Notes: generated by a model not told the origin, from the sequence alone. DNA of 64,000 nt from Takakia lepidozioides (GCA_030704615.1 CM060731.1:82150001-82214000), one strand, 5' to 3'. Shown: positions 23,328 to 36,495, counted from the stretch's first letter. Translations and numbers: made by a program.

Positions 23328-23687
23328 TGAAAAGAAAGCTAACAAATGACACTGCTCTCCACACAAGAAACAATGTGAAATCCAAAACCATCACTCTTTA
23401 AAACAGTAGTCGAGCCAGGGGCACCCCAAGCTATGGGGACTCCACCCCACAACAACCTACACTCCCATCATGAGTACACTCAGATCTAAACGCACACAGG
23501 AGCTCGGTCGTACAGGCTCAACTCGAGAGAGATGAGCTGCGCGACTGCCGCTCTCGTGAAGATAAGACGGACCAGGTGTCAAACTAAACTTGACACCTGA
23601 TTTAACACTTGACCTAAATCCAAGTGTTAAATACAAATAACTAGTTTTATGCTAGCTGTTTTCACACTGTGCTTATTTAACTTGACA
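23328..23687 (-). repeat. 5' terminal repeat: LTR segment B only (360 bp)
   Basis: Matches 11730-12089 (visible difference cgtacagg versus cgcgcagg); segment A is absent. Confidence 0.95.
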
Positions 23688-24124
23688 TCAAACTTCTCAT
23701 GAAAATGCTTGGAGAAGGCAATGATGATATCTTTGTGTAAGAAATTCAGTACCAGAGGATTGTGAAACGGCGGGATGACCTACACAACAGTAGCTGAGGT
23801 GATCTTCAGGCAGTACATCAGATCCTCTTTTTCAAACTTCAACTTAGGACGCACTGAAAAGTCCTCCAAACGCACACAGGAGCCCTTGTCGAACTTGTCA
23901 GAATGAGCTGGGACAAGGGAGCCTGAGATTGTAACATTAACGGTGGTGAACCTAAGGCGACCTGTCAAATCACAGTACAAGTAGGACCAGGTGTTGGAAG
24001 AATCCAGGACAGTGGGTTTGTTGACATTGTCGTAGCGACTCAAGACCAAACCCTCAAAAGCAGCATCTCTCACAGTGAGGTCTAAATCGTCTTCCAAAAG
24101 TATGGGACGTTCACGCTTGACCAT
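23688..24124 (-). pseudogene. OB-fold/RPA70-like pseudogene, possibly Helitron-derived, proximal part
   Basis: FDKGSCVRLEDFSVRPK..ITSATVV resembles RPA-type OB folds; contains a stop; continues at 11643. Confidence 0.35.
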
Positions 24125-26199
24125 TCATGTCATAACAAAGAGCTTGGAAAATAGAGCACAAAGAGAGAGTGCGTGAGAGTGAGAGTTTTCCAGAAATGAA
24201 ATGAGTTGTGAGAGAATAGAGACAGCAACCTACTTTTATATTCTTGAGATGGGATGCTCGTTTGCTTGGTTGCTACTCCTACGGATGCTTGTAAGTTGAT
24301 AGAGCTTTGAATGTGCATCAATACATGAAAGACAAAACGTCGGAAGAGTTGAAAGCAGGGCCGGTGGTGATAGTATGTGCAGAAGCAATTTCAAACTTGA
24401 GCATAAGTGCGCCGCACATGAAACCCTAGATGGAGGAAAGAGAGAGACAAACGATAATGAAATGAATAACTTAAGAACGCTATGAGAAAATTAACTTTAT
24501 TAAAAATTAAGGTAAGGTGGTTTGAACCTGAGATCGCATAGTTGTGAACTTATCTAACCAACAACCCAAAGTGTATGATGTATATAGACTCTATCTTCTT
24601 CCCGGATTTTTTTAAAAAAAGTCCTAAACTTGCTAACACGTGTCATTTTCATCCCAAAAAATGAAAAACACACATTTTTAGTCTATTTTTCCGCATTTCT
24701 GTCACCATTTGTTTTTACATCATCCTCCGCGGCCACCCTTTCATCGCTCTCTGCGGCCACCTTTTTCATTTGCTGTGAATTTATTCATCCAAGTTGTCAA
24801 CCTATTCAAAAGTAAGACAGTTCTTGTAGCATAAAGGTTTGAACGACCACTTGCAGAAGAGTCCGTTCCCCTACCACTACACTATACCTCTTATCTTGAA
24901 ACATAGAAATATAAGAATATATATATATATATACTCTCCTACATCATATTGATGATCTTGACTGCTATTAATGTGCTATTACTGTGCATTTCTTTTTTCA
25001 TCATAGTTGTTTACATGTTCAAAAAGTTGTTTTAGAAAGATTTGAATCCTCACCTTTTGCTCTTGTCTGCAATTAATGTGACGCACACCTCATTAACTAC
25101 ACATTTATAGAGCTCCTCCATATTAATATTCATTACTACTAGGGCATGTTTATCTACAACATAGGGCTTATCCGAGGGTGTTATATCCTCGTTGTACGTA
25201 AGTTTTGGTATAGGTATATGAGGATCATCCAACTTTTTCAAAATTGATGCGTGGTCTCATTTTGAGGGAGGAGCCAATAAAATACATAAATATATATATA
25301 TCGTTTTTTTAAGGCGACTCTGTAAGGTGCTGTGGCTGGATAGCCACGGTGTACGCATTGCTATCCCAACAGCTTAGATGCCATAATTTACAAAAATGAC
25401 TAAGTACTTTCAAACGACGCGCCCGGATCCGAAATAAATAAATAAATAACTTTTTTTTTAAGGGATTTTGAGAAGGGGCCACTTATAAGAAAATGTCTTT
25501 GCTATAGAATATGCCAAAAAACCGATGTCTCATGCGTCGTTTTTGGTCCGGTAAAGGAAACCATGATGGTAAACTAACTTATATGCAATCAAAATACGAT
25601 ATTATGCATAAGTTTTCAAATCGGCGTGTTAGTTAGTATATAGTATCTTAATGTTTCTCTAGTATAATAGCAATCTTGAATTCAAATTTGCCTAACAATA
25701 TGTAGGAAATCATCACGTATCATTCCACGGATCAAGTGGTGATGCTCATGTCTCACATTAATAAGGAACTCGAATACATGACATTTATATGTCCGTAGTC
25801 CCGCCATTATTTAAATCTTTGTTCAAAGAACGATCCCCATGGCATTGCTCCTAAGAAGCAATCCCCAAGCGGTAAAAATTGATCTCCAGGGATCGTCTAT
25901 TTATTTTATTTTATTTTATTTGCTCTTTATGCCATAATAGCAACGCCCCAAATGTCGCTAATGGGGCAATTTGGGCGGCAGCTAAGCGACATTTAGGGGG
26001 ACGGTCTTAAGTCCCTATTTAGTGTAGTTATTGCTTATCGCGATGGTGCTATGCAAACAACATCTTTTTGGCTTGATAATGTGAAAACAGATTATGCTCT
26101 GAATAGCTCAAATACAAACGGGGAGGAAATGACAACACTTGCCTGACGTTGTACCTCGAGGATATTTTGGAACAAAACGTAGATAACCGAAGAAACGAT

Positions 26200-26750
26200 A
26201 ATGGAAAGATGAATCATCTATGATCTAAACCCATCAAAATGGGAAAATTTTCAAGCTGTCAGAGGATATAATTGGAGAATTTGATCCAAGAATATAATCC
26301 AATAATAGATGTTGAGATTGGGCATTTTATTGGTGTGCATGTTAAGGATGATCAAATTCAACTTAGAGTTCCATTTAGGATCGGAAAAGTACTAAGCGTG
26401 GATAGACAAATACATAATGATGGTATTATACGGATTCTTTGGTATTGGCCAAAAGTACCTAAAGGCATGTCGATGAAGTCACAACATGCAATGATAACTC
26501 GATATGAAAGATGTCTATAAGAGGTTGGGTTCCAGTGATGATGGTGAAGATGACATTCAGTGGACAGTGTTTTTGTAATGGCGCAATACAGCTGGTAATT
26601 CAAAGACCAAAATGTGGCACAATATAAAAATCGAAATGGAGATTATCATCCCTCGCAAATTATACGTATATTTCAACAATTACATGAGCCTCATGGTTTC
26701 ATGTGTTCAAGATACCAATGATGTTGATGAACACGAATATGATTATTTAG
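26200..26750 (+). pseudogene. Second degenerate transposase C-terminal (SH3/Tudor-like) remnant
   Basis: IGHFIGV..PFRIGKV..IRILWYWP..RYERCL parallels 10914-11252. Confidence 0.35.
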
Positions 26751-28159
26751 CGTAATGATTTTGCTCATCTACATTCCAAATCAAAGCATATTTTACTGTA
26801 AAATTCAATGATTCAATATATGAGTTTTGTTTGCGTATTTCACTTTGTATGTTATTTTATTATCATTCATCACAATTAATTTGAATGAATATATATTATT
26901 TATTCTATTATATATATATATATATATATGTATGAATGAATGGATATTTTAGTTATTTTAGGTTATATATATATTTATATATATTGATGAATGAATGAAT
27001 ATGGAGAATGGATATATGTCATCAAATGTGTATTCATAGTCATTTCACATATTCACATTTCGATATTCACACTAAATGATATGAGAACTATTTAACACAT
27101 CATGTTTGATAAACTATGTTCCATAGATAAATCTCTCGGTCTTTTATACTCCTCCTCCTCGTAGCTTCACATCCCCTGCTTTCCCTCTAGGCCTCTCTCC
27201 TCTTCACCCCTCTCGCTCCTGCCACTCCTGCTACCCTCGGTCTCTCTCTCAAGGGTCACTCCGTTCTGTTTGCCCCCGCACTCAGTTTTTGCTAGGGCAT
27301 TCATTCGTTCGCCCTCTACTTCTCTGCCATCAATGGTTATCACATGGTCAGAGGTCTCCATGCCCAAGTATTGCAACATTCCGTTATGGTAACACTGCGT
27401 TCTGCCGAGGCTGCTAGCCTCCTAGTCCTCATGGTGTCGATTTTTAAGGTCCGTTTTAAAGTCCATGGTGTCCTAGTTCTTTGCTATTGTTTGAGAGTTA
27501 TCCAACATGACATACCGTGAGAACAAGCCTGATGGCAGCCTACGGGCAATCAAGGGTTTTAATTTTTTTTTTCCTTTAATAATCTTTCAATAAAGTTTCA
27601 TCCAGGGTCTCTCTCCCCTATTCCCTCAAATATTTTTAATTTTGTTTTTTGAAAAAAACCATGTATTTACCTAAATGTTGCATAAGTTAACATCACCCTA
27701 TTGTAAAATCCAACAACCCATTATTTATGCTAAAGTACACTTTTATACTCCCAAGTACACTTTTAGCCAATACGGTGTTATTGAAGCTTTACTAAAAAAT
27801 AATCATCTGATTTCAAAGTTATTGCCAATGCAACATTCAACAAATATACTTGATTATTCGCATCTTGACAGTGTCTCTCCCAAATTCTATTGGATTCAAT
27901 CAACTCATTTCTTTGTCTAGATGACTAGGATTAACACCTTGCTCATATGTCTGTTCACTTCGTGAGACTTTCATGGTTTTCAAGCGACTTGCCCAGTTTT
28001 GAAAGTCTGGAAAGCTTGGAATTAAAAGACATTTTTTCACAAAATACAATGTTACATTTTTTTTGTCGAAATGTATCTTCAATCTTAACTGTTTCCCTCT
28101 CTTTGTTTAGAACAAAGTGATTGTAGTTTGGATTGGCATACGCATAGGACGGATATCAA

Positions 28160-29060
28160 TCATATCATTAGGATTTGTGATTTCAAGATAATCATAAATC
28201 CATGATAAACATTTTTCAAGCAAAAAACATACAATTCAACTTTAAGAATGTCACCAATAGTGGGCACATATGATGGAGGATACTTAGATTTACCTGACAG
28301 AACTCCCTTGGCCATGGCTGCTTGAATTGTCATTTGAGACCCTAGACCTCCAACAAGAATGTTGTTCTTTTGTGCCAATATATGAGTTGCACCTCGAACA
28401 TGTTGGCCAATAGTGTCAACCACACCAAAAGTGTAATTGTAGCAACATAAAGTGCATTTCTAGCAATCAACATTGATAATCTCCACACCTAGTCAACCAT
28501 GAAAATAACCCACATGGTGTTGGACCCATCAACTTTAGATGAATAGAACAATATGAAATCTGGAAATGTGTAATAAGGGGTGGATGGTGAAAAGTACTAC
28601 TTTCTGAAACAGATCTAGCAATCCAATCTTGTCGCCGCTTCAAAACTATCTCCACTTTGTCCCTCAACTCTTGAGCTTCTTTCTGAGCTTTTATCTCTTT
28701 GTTCTCATACTTTCTTAAGTTTTTATCGTGCACACTTTCATCATTTACTTTCGGGGCCAAGTGAGTTTTCCAATTGAAGAAGTTATAAGAAGGATTGATG
28801 TTCTTTTCTGCCCAACATGGGACACAATACATGACCCACTTTCCCTGATTCTTTGGGTCCTTACTCACTCTCGGATAATAATGATCCTTCTTCTTAAAAT
28901 CCCAAATGAGATATTTCTCAAGCAATTTCCAGTTACTCATCAATCAAGATGACATCGTCCTATCAGTTTAAGCTTTCAAATATTCGACTCAAGGTCAAAA
29001 ATGTCAAACTGTTCCCCCACAGCAGGAAATCCAAGTTTCACTTATTTTCAAGACTTGTGG
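28160..29060 (-). pseudogene. Decayed ORF fragments with a CxxC...H zinc-finger-like motif, probably TE-derived
   Basis: WVMYCVPCW...NFFNWKTHL; fragmented. Confidence 0.25.
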
Positions 29061-29949
29061 CTCATCAATTTGTGAAAGACTGACCAACTCATGCAGAGAT
29101 GAGTTTGATCGCTTCATGTGAGCATCAATGAATGCTCACATGAAGGATTGGATGACAACTCTATAGCTTCCAAACTACAGATGCAGTTGCATCTCAGGAG
29201 TTGGCCCCCTAATGACTTTCCGTTTGTGAAAATTATTGTCATGCAAACAACATGCACAAAACTTGTCATTCTCAGTAGATACCTATAAGAAACACTGACA
29301 CCCACATTTCTGGCCTTGCACCTTTTTTCTGACATACATCAAATTATTCAGATTCATTAGCACCTGATTTGATGTGGTAATGCATGTGACAGTCACAACA
29401 TATATATACAAATGCATTGTCTTCTGAACCTTCAAATTCCTGACATCCGCATTCTTCACCATTGACAAAAAGTTTACACTCGGCCCATTCCATTGTCCCC
29501 AAAGACTTGCACATATGATCACCAACACCTTAAATACAAAATAAAACAAAATATATTTAAAAAAAAACACCATATTTCAAAGCAAATCTATCAGGGGACT
29601 CTCTGGTAACCATGCCCCAGTAAACTTGGTCATCTGAAATATATTAAACTATAGTGCTTCACAAATTAAAGAGAATGAAAATGATCATATCAGTAGGTGT
29701 TTGACAAGTTTGCTTTGGAGAGTTGTAGCAGTTATGTTCAACACTTCCACCACCCGCAAACAAGAATTTCTCATTCAGCCACCAATCAATCTAGAATATC
29801 CACCTGCTCGTCCGAATGTGCCGCTAATGACGTATCAACGAAGACAATTGACAACTCAAAACCAATCCACCTTAACATATTACCAGGAGTGAGAGAGTAA
29901 GTCGAATTCCCACCTTCAAGACTATCATATCAATGAAACTGCAGAGATC

Positions 29950-30536
29950 CCATTGATCAATTTGCCTTTAATGGATCATAAGACGGCCATGCTGCAGGTA
30001 TCCTGGGTGGAAGGAGGAAATGGACAAAGCTTCAATCCATATACAAGAACGATACTTGGGAATTAGTTCCTCTGCCTCATGATAGAATTGTCACCAAGTG
30101 AAAATACCGCAATACAGATGGATCGGCAACAAAACTCAAAGGGAGGCTGGCGAGGTCCAAGGGATTCCAATAGAAGGAATGACATGATTACATATAAACA
30201 TTTGCTCATGTGATGAAATGGAACATATTGAGCAGCATGGTAGCTCTGTCAGCATACAATGGATGGAAAATTTTCCACTCGGATATTAAGACAACATTCC
30301 TCAATGGAATTCTAGAATAAGACATCATGTCTTATCCCCTCCAAGCTTTGAACCTTCATAGGCGATTATGCTTGCAAACTCAAAAGACACTCTATGGCCT
30401 GAAATAAGCACCTAGAGCCTGGTACATTAAGGTCGAAGCTTATCTCAAGAATCAAGGGTTGTTCAAGTCGAATGTAAACTACAACATTTATTTCTACGAA
30501 GAAACGAAAAAATAATTCTGCTCATTCTCTATGTTG
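29950..30536 (+). pseudogene. Ty1/Copia RT remnant, 5' part (continues at 4108 on the minus strand)
   Basis: SIYKNDTWELVPLP, LYGLK*APRAWY; ends LILYV at the LTR edge. Confidence 0.85.
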
Positions 30537-31162
30537 TGTCAATGACAAGAACATGACTGAATACAAACAAGAGATCGGACTAAAGGTACAAAACTAGACA
30601 AGAAGTCAAGGTCGGCGTGACCGAATGCATAATGAGTAAACATGAATCAAGATGATCTTTATAACAATGAACAAGAGTACAAGATACTCGAACTCGACTT
30701 GAACACTGGAATGCTGGAAACTGGAGTGCCAGATACTGCAAACTGGGCTAGAGTACTGGAAGCTGAACTGAAGTATTGGAACTGGAAACAAGAGTAGCTT
30801 GAACTTGTGTTGGCGAGACTGAAGAGTCCAGTTTCGCCTCCTATATATACTGGCTACTAGGAAGTTCCCTAAGAAGCTTCCCCAATGGAGTTTTCTTGAT
30901 GGAGAAATTTCCTTGAACAAAGGAGATATCTTGATGTAGAAGTTTCTTCCAAATGAAGCTTCCTGAGCAATTTCCCAAGTTACTTTTGGTAATTTGATAA
31001 ATTCCAGGTAATTTGATAACTAATGGTAACTAATGGTAACTAATGGTAACTCGTGATAGATCATGATAAATCACGATAAATTATGGTAATTTAAGGTAAC
31101 ATGATAACTTCATAACTTCAGTATTTACTCCTGATAAGTTCCTCTGGGTTATGTCCGTGATA
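30537..31162 (-). repeat. 3' LTR of the chromovirus-type Gypsy, inverted relative to its 5' LTR
   Basis: Reverse-complement homologue of 4109-4748. PPT gatgagggggtga (minus) at ~31163-31175. Flanked by TGTTG (CAACA on minus) at 30532-30536. Confidence 0.9.
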
Positions 31163-31749
31163 TCACCCCCTCATCTAGCGTCGAGTTTTCTCGAGGAGCG
31201 GTAAAATCTTGGACTTGCTTAGAGTTGGAGAAAATCCAAAATCCGGCGTATGATACTTGCCAAGTATTCGGCTCTTCGTTCTTGACTCAAATGATTTATA
31301 GGTCCCTGCAACCATCGATAGTGTCCAACACCTTGAACTTGGGACCACGCAGTGATTTGAGTATTCTGATTTTTTAAGCTGCCTTCAAACATGATTTCGT
31401 TGCCCTCTAGGTCCGAAGCCTCAACCTCCAACAGAATTATCAGACTTCGAATAGGCTCCACTTGCCGTTGTACAGGGTCCAGACGAGGAAGTACACGTCG
31501 CATTGGTAGTCCATCGTCTCGAGAGCGTCGGTGTGATGGGCTGATCTGGTAGTTGGGATAGCGACAGCTCTAATGTATCTGGTCCTGTGACTTCATGCTG
31601 CTAATACAAGATGCAAGAGTGATGGAAGTGTAGCTATATATACCGATGTGTGGTGCTTCTCCCTCCTTAACGTGTATCAGGTACACTGAATGTGGAGTCT
31701 TAACCTTAAAGCTAACTTGGCTGACATCATCGTTGTGACGTCTTATTGA

Positions 31750-32583
31750 CGTGTAGCTCGGGGCTTAGCTGGATATCGTTGATGAAGCTCTTGAACTTTG
31801 TCAGATGCATTGGCGAGGTTGGATGAAGGTTCTCACGTTCGTTCACTGATGTCGTAGCCTTTCCAATGTACGAATACTCAAGACGTTTATACTTGATGCG
31901 AGAGTCTAGGACTTCTTCGACTTCTTCGACTTCTTACTCGATTTCTTGATTGACTTCAATCGGTGGAGGTGGTACAGAAACTCGCCCGGGGATACTTGAG
32001 TGATGATACAACTCTAATAATGAGACATGAAAGATTGGATAGATGCGCATATTTAGTGGGAATTCAAGCCGAAAACTGATCGGATTTATTTGTCGAACAA
32101 TTTTGAATGGTCATAGGCGTTGATAATCCAATTTCCTTGGATTATCTTGAGGTTTGTATGTCCCGTTGAAGAAGCCACACACAATCTCTACCTTGAACTG
32201 GGGTTGGACTTGGTAATGTTGATCTGCGTACTCCTTGTATTGTTTTTGAACTTCTGCGAGGTGGAATGTAAGCTCCTTGTGAATCGTAACAATATGAGTA
32301 GCAAGATTTTCTGCAGTAGGGCTTCCAACAATCGTTATGTGGAAAAGGTTTACTCGAAGATAATGACCATGATTGGAGAAAAATAGAGTTTGTTTGGTCG
32401 AAGAATGTATAGTGTTGTTGTAGGCAAACTCAACTAATGGCAGAAGGTCCGTCCAATTATCTTGGTGATAATTTATCGTACAACGAAGATACAACTCCAA
32501 AATCTGGTTTACGCGTTCGGTTTGACCATCAGTCTGTGGATGATTAGCTGTAGAGAGGTTGGTCTTAGTATCCAATATGTGAA
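31750..32583 (-). pseudogene. Integrase C-terminal half plus chromodomain of the same Gypsy
   Basis: HILDTKTNLSTANHPQTDGQTERVNQ continues FWRGLFH from 8457. GPF-like region, then chromodomain-like EVEEVLDSR... Confidence 0.88.
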
Positions 32584-33082
32584 CACTATTTTAACTAATT
32601 CTGGACTTTTGTTTGGTCCAGAAATAATATGAGAAATATGAATAAACAAAATTTATTATTGAAATAAAGTGATATATATGATTATTTTGTTTATTTTATA
32701 CACAATATAATCCTCCAAACATTTTTTGGAGACAATATAAGTATGTATTGTGGTTTTAGAAGAACATCCACTCCCAAGTTGACGTTCACGAAAAAAATGG
32801 GAGGATGCAATAAATTACACCATGATGTGAGGTAAGATATGTAAAACTTTTTGCAGAAAATGGTTGCCATATCAGATGACATACAAAACCAAACATAGAC
32901 TAATCATGGCATGTGATAAAGAGGATGATATGAAAGAATGTGTCCGCATACATTGATGATAAACATTCATATTTTATTAGAGATTGCAACTTTGGTGTTG
33001 CAGTCAGACCTAATGTAACGTCAACTGTACATCCGTTGGACTTAATGTTATCCAGCGGCTCGAAGCCATACAACGGCTTACA

Positions 33083-34320
33083 CTAACCCATTAATATTAC
33101 AGAGCCTCCTCCCAAACGGCTTGCAGTCAAGGCATGTGTTCGAAGATGCCTTCGGTTACCACAACCACTTGCAACGATCTCCGCACCAGATGAAACGGAA
33201 ATACTTTCGGAGAACTCGAACCTAGTAGTAATATTATCATCCGAAATGTTACTTGGAATTCTACTTGTTGAATCTTTTGATACCCTTGAAGCCTGCCGGG
33301 AAGCCCGCCATTCTTGCCAATCACGAAGCTCTTCTTCTTCTTTTCGAATTCGCTCATTGAATGTGACTGGGCAAAACAATTTTTCATATGACAAATGTCA
33401 GCTGAAATGTGGAACATTTGTAGAAAAAATGATAAAGTAAAAGTGCAAGTGGAAGACACTTTCAAGATCAAATTCTCCATAAACAACAAACAGTGGGATA
33501 AGTACATACCAAGGTAATCAGGTTCCTTTTGTTGTGGGATCCAAACACGAGGATCAACATATCTTCCATACCAAGCCCAATAGGCATGGTCACGACCAAT
33601 AGGCTTACGAGAACACTTGGCAGAGTTCTCGCTGATGTAATCTACGACTGTTGAAGCTGCAGCCATTTTCAATATATATGGCCACACAGCTTTTGTCATA
33701 TCATCCAGGTCAACCAATCCCTTTGGTGATGGCTTGTATGAAATATGAAAGAATCCAGTATTTGGTGGGTTTCGGAGGGCCTTTGATGGCTCATCATCAA
33801 CAAAGAGTATTTGTCTCTGCGTTGCAAAGGGTGTACCAGGGTACTTGGCAAGAACAGTGCGAATATCCTTAACGAGATATTTCATCCCAGGCATAATATA
33901 ACCGGTAGTGTCTTTGCAATCCTCAGCTGACCAGATGAAGCAAAACTTCTTCGCAATTTTCGTAGGAACTAAGCACTCGAGCATCCTACAAAGAACATGT
34001 CTTTCAGCACATGACCAGATCGCCACATGAAAATGCATGAACGCAAGGTTGAGAAACTCCAAGACTCCAGGCCGGGGAACCACAAAAGGTCTTTCGGGAA
34101 CATGAACTGTAACTTTCCTGAAACGAAATCTCTCCTTAAACAATTCACCGCCGGTTGGAGGTGGCCGGTAGCAAAGAAGACCGTTGACACTCAATATTAA
34201 CAGCATCCATTTCCTCTTCCCCGATGTTGCAAATGAAGGTTGATGGACGATACCAACCTGCGCAATTTAAGTGTTCCCGCCGTCAGAAACAACACAATGT
34301 AGTGTTTCTTAGTTTCAGAG
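33083..34320 (-). CDS. FCP1/NIF-like HAD-fold protein 1 (multi-exon, motif I degenerate)
   Basis: LILSVNGLL, RPGVLEFL, HVAIWS, ILFVDDEPSKALRNPP; GT donor near 33508. Probable upstream exons at 34460-35480. Confidence 0.75.
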
Positions 34321-35748
34321 TGACCTCTACGTTTTCGGAGACATAAGTGTCCCGACAATGGACTACTGTAAAAGACCAAGAGTAGACCATATATCGAAGA
34401 GTTCGAGATCACGAAAAGATGAACGTTGGCTGTCAAGTGGAGGTTAGTGGACGCACCTTGTCGGGAGGCGCATTCAAGAAGTTATGTGGCTCCATACTCG
34501 CTTATATAGAAATTACGGAGTTAGTTTGGGACAGAAAATAAAATTACAAACGAAAGTGGAGAAATTGTTTTGAAATGTACCATTGAAGCCTTATTGGAAT
34601 GTCTAGCAGAAGAACAGTGGATTCCCGCGGGCTTGGATTGACGAGGCGCCACAACATCCGAGGGAGTCCTCATGTGTTTGGAGTCCGCTCTTTTTTTCTT
34701 GTCAGCCTTTTGTCCTTTGGAATGATTTGCTGCAGAGGAAGGAAATGGCCCGGGGGCTGTTTTTCGCCTCTTTGGTGCAGAACATTGTGCGAGCAGTTCA
34801 GGGTCACGCTGTGTCGATGTTGGAGATGTTTTGTCATTGAACGACGGGAGAAATGGAGGGGCAACAACAGGCAAGCATAGAAAATTGTCCCTTGAGCAGG
34901 ATGGAATGAAAACGCAACGAAGGAATAATTTACCTCGGAACTGCATTCCAATGCAGACGTCGTTTGACAGGAAGGTCATAATCTGCAGATTTTCTTACCT
35001 GGAGCGACAGATGAATATCAGACCCCAAACTAAGTGAAACTAAGAGAATGAGCAAAGAGCGAGAAATGAGTTTAAGTCACCTGAGTCCTGCGGATTTGGG
35101 CTGTCCAACCCTTGTGCTGGGGAGATATGCGAGGAAGAGACAGAAGCAAGTGCAACGGAGCCGTAGCCGAGTCCCCGACGGTTGGATAGACCAGACCCTG
35201 CGTACTGAATAGGGAGGGTGAAAAATGTTCGGAAAGGTCGATAAAGTCTCCGGGATATTTGTGTTCTTCACCTGCACCTTGGACTTTACCCCCAGGAGGA
35301 CCCGAGAGGAGAAGAGTGTTGCCCGCTTCCCGGGAGGACAAGGGTCTGACAGAGGATCCATCCTCAATTTGAGCACCATCGTGAACCCTCGGAAAGCCTT
35401 CAATACTCCGACTCACAGCTGATCCGGAGGGTTCCTTTAGGGGATTTGAGGAACCGATGACGTTCTCAACATTTCCTTGAACCTACCAAAGAGACATAAT
35501 CATAAATCCGGGAATACACGAATGCGAACCTCCACTGAACAGTGGAGGTCACTAGATATAGTTTTGTCCCTGTATGAAGGCCTGTATCAGAGTCTTGGGA
35601 TTGCCCGGAATGTGCGTCAAGAATTCAACTAAAAATGAGTCAAAATGAGAGTACCATATCTTTCACGTGTGTGATTACAAGGAAATGAAAAAGAGAAACC
35701 ATGAAGATATTCAATAGCTCGAGTGAGATGGGATTGATAAAAAATAAT

Positions 35749-36495
35749 TTATTTTGAAGCACCATATCTGAGACTTTTAAAACCGTTGTCCTCAATAAAA
35801 TCCCAGAGTGGGCTAAATTTGGGATCGTTTGAAACATTGGGAAAAAAACTCAACCATATCATTTTTTTCCTAAGATAGCTTGAAACAGTGGGATGTTTCC
35901 TCATTCCAAGCAAATAGGTCTGAAGAACCTTGAGAAGATAGCAACCATCAGTCTCAACGGTCTGGAACGGTTTGAGAACAAGACATGAGTCGGGCGGGTT
36001 CAATACACACTTCATGGCGGTGTCGTCAATGAGCAGAGTGTTACTGTTGGTGTATTCCCCACCAAATCTCTGCCAGACCTTGATCAGTGGCTTCAAAAAC
36101 AAATGAGGAGGGTCCAATCCTGATTTGAATTGAGGGTGAACCGAAGTAGGGCATGAAATACAATCCTCTTGAGACATAACGAAGGCCGGTTGAGGTAGAC
36201 CACGAAGCAAAAAATCCAGGATGGGCTGCAAGTTCTTGTACCTCATAGAGCTCCAAATCCCTAACCGGTAGTGTTTGTGCAACTCTGTCCACACTTCGCG
36301 ATATTTCTCCCGTCTAAAGACAAATCGGAATCCAACAAGAGCTGGAATTCTGTAGTCTGATTCTGAAAACCGGGGGACATTGTAGCTCTTCTGGTGCTTC
36401 AAGATTTTGCACAAGACTCCATTCACGTCAAAAATAATCAAACGCAACCCTTGCGCAGGAAGAGAAACAGGTGCTCCAATCTGCCAGAGAGTCAT
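35749..36495 (-). CDS. FCP1/NIF-like HAD-fold protein 2
   Basis: LIIFDVNGVL, RLGIWSS, FLKPLIKVW, NTLLIDDTAMKCVLNPP; 248-aa ATG ORF. Confidence 0.85.
   Translation of the reverse strand: MTLWQIGAPVSLPAQGLRLIIFDVNGVLCKILKHQKSYNVPRFSESDYRIPALVGFRFVFRREKYREVWTELHKHYRLGIWSSMRYKNLQPILDFLLRGLPQPAFVMSQEDCISCPTSVHPQFKSGLDPPHLFLKPLIKVWQRFGGEYTNSNTLLIDDTAMKCVLNPPDSCLVLKPFQTVETDGCYLLKVLQTYLLGMRKHPTVSSYLRKKMIWLSFFPNVSNDPKFSPLWDFIEDNGFKSLRYGASK

Larger units (their letters stand above)
11644..23687 (-). mobile_element. Ty3/Gypsy LTR retrotransposon encoding a C5 DNA methyltransferase and a PHD-integrase, with split/permuted LTRs; 4-bp TSD TCAA
   Basis: Ends TGTC (11644) and GACA (23687); TCAA at 11640-11643 and 23688-23691; internal gag/PR/DNMT/RT/RH/IN; terminal repeat copies differ at only a few positions. 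Confidence 0.93.

Noticed and set aside
11644-23687. DIRS/Ngaro/PAT tyrosine-recombinase retroelement, suggested by the split direct repeats and the methyltransferase
   Set aside because: It encodes a protease and a DDE integrase, has a PPT and a 4-bp TSD, shows no tyrosine-recombinase motif, and its MTase is C5-type rather than the DAM-like type of DIRS.
24870-26030. Second CACTA element (cactacacta ... tagtgtagtt)
   Set aside because: The termini match poorly and there is no TSD.
32584-32611. Classifying the giant element as CACTA from CACTATTTT
   Set aside because: The other end does not start with CACTA, and no 3-bp TSD consistent with that boundary can be drawn.
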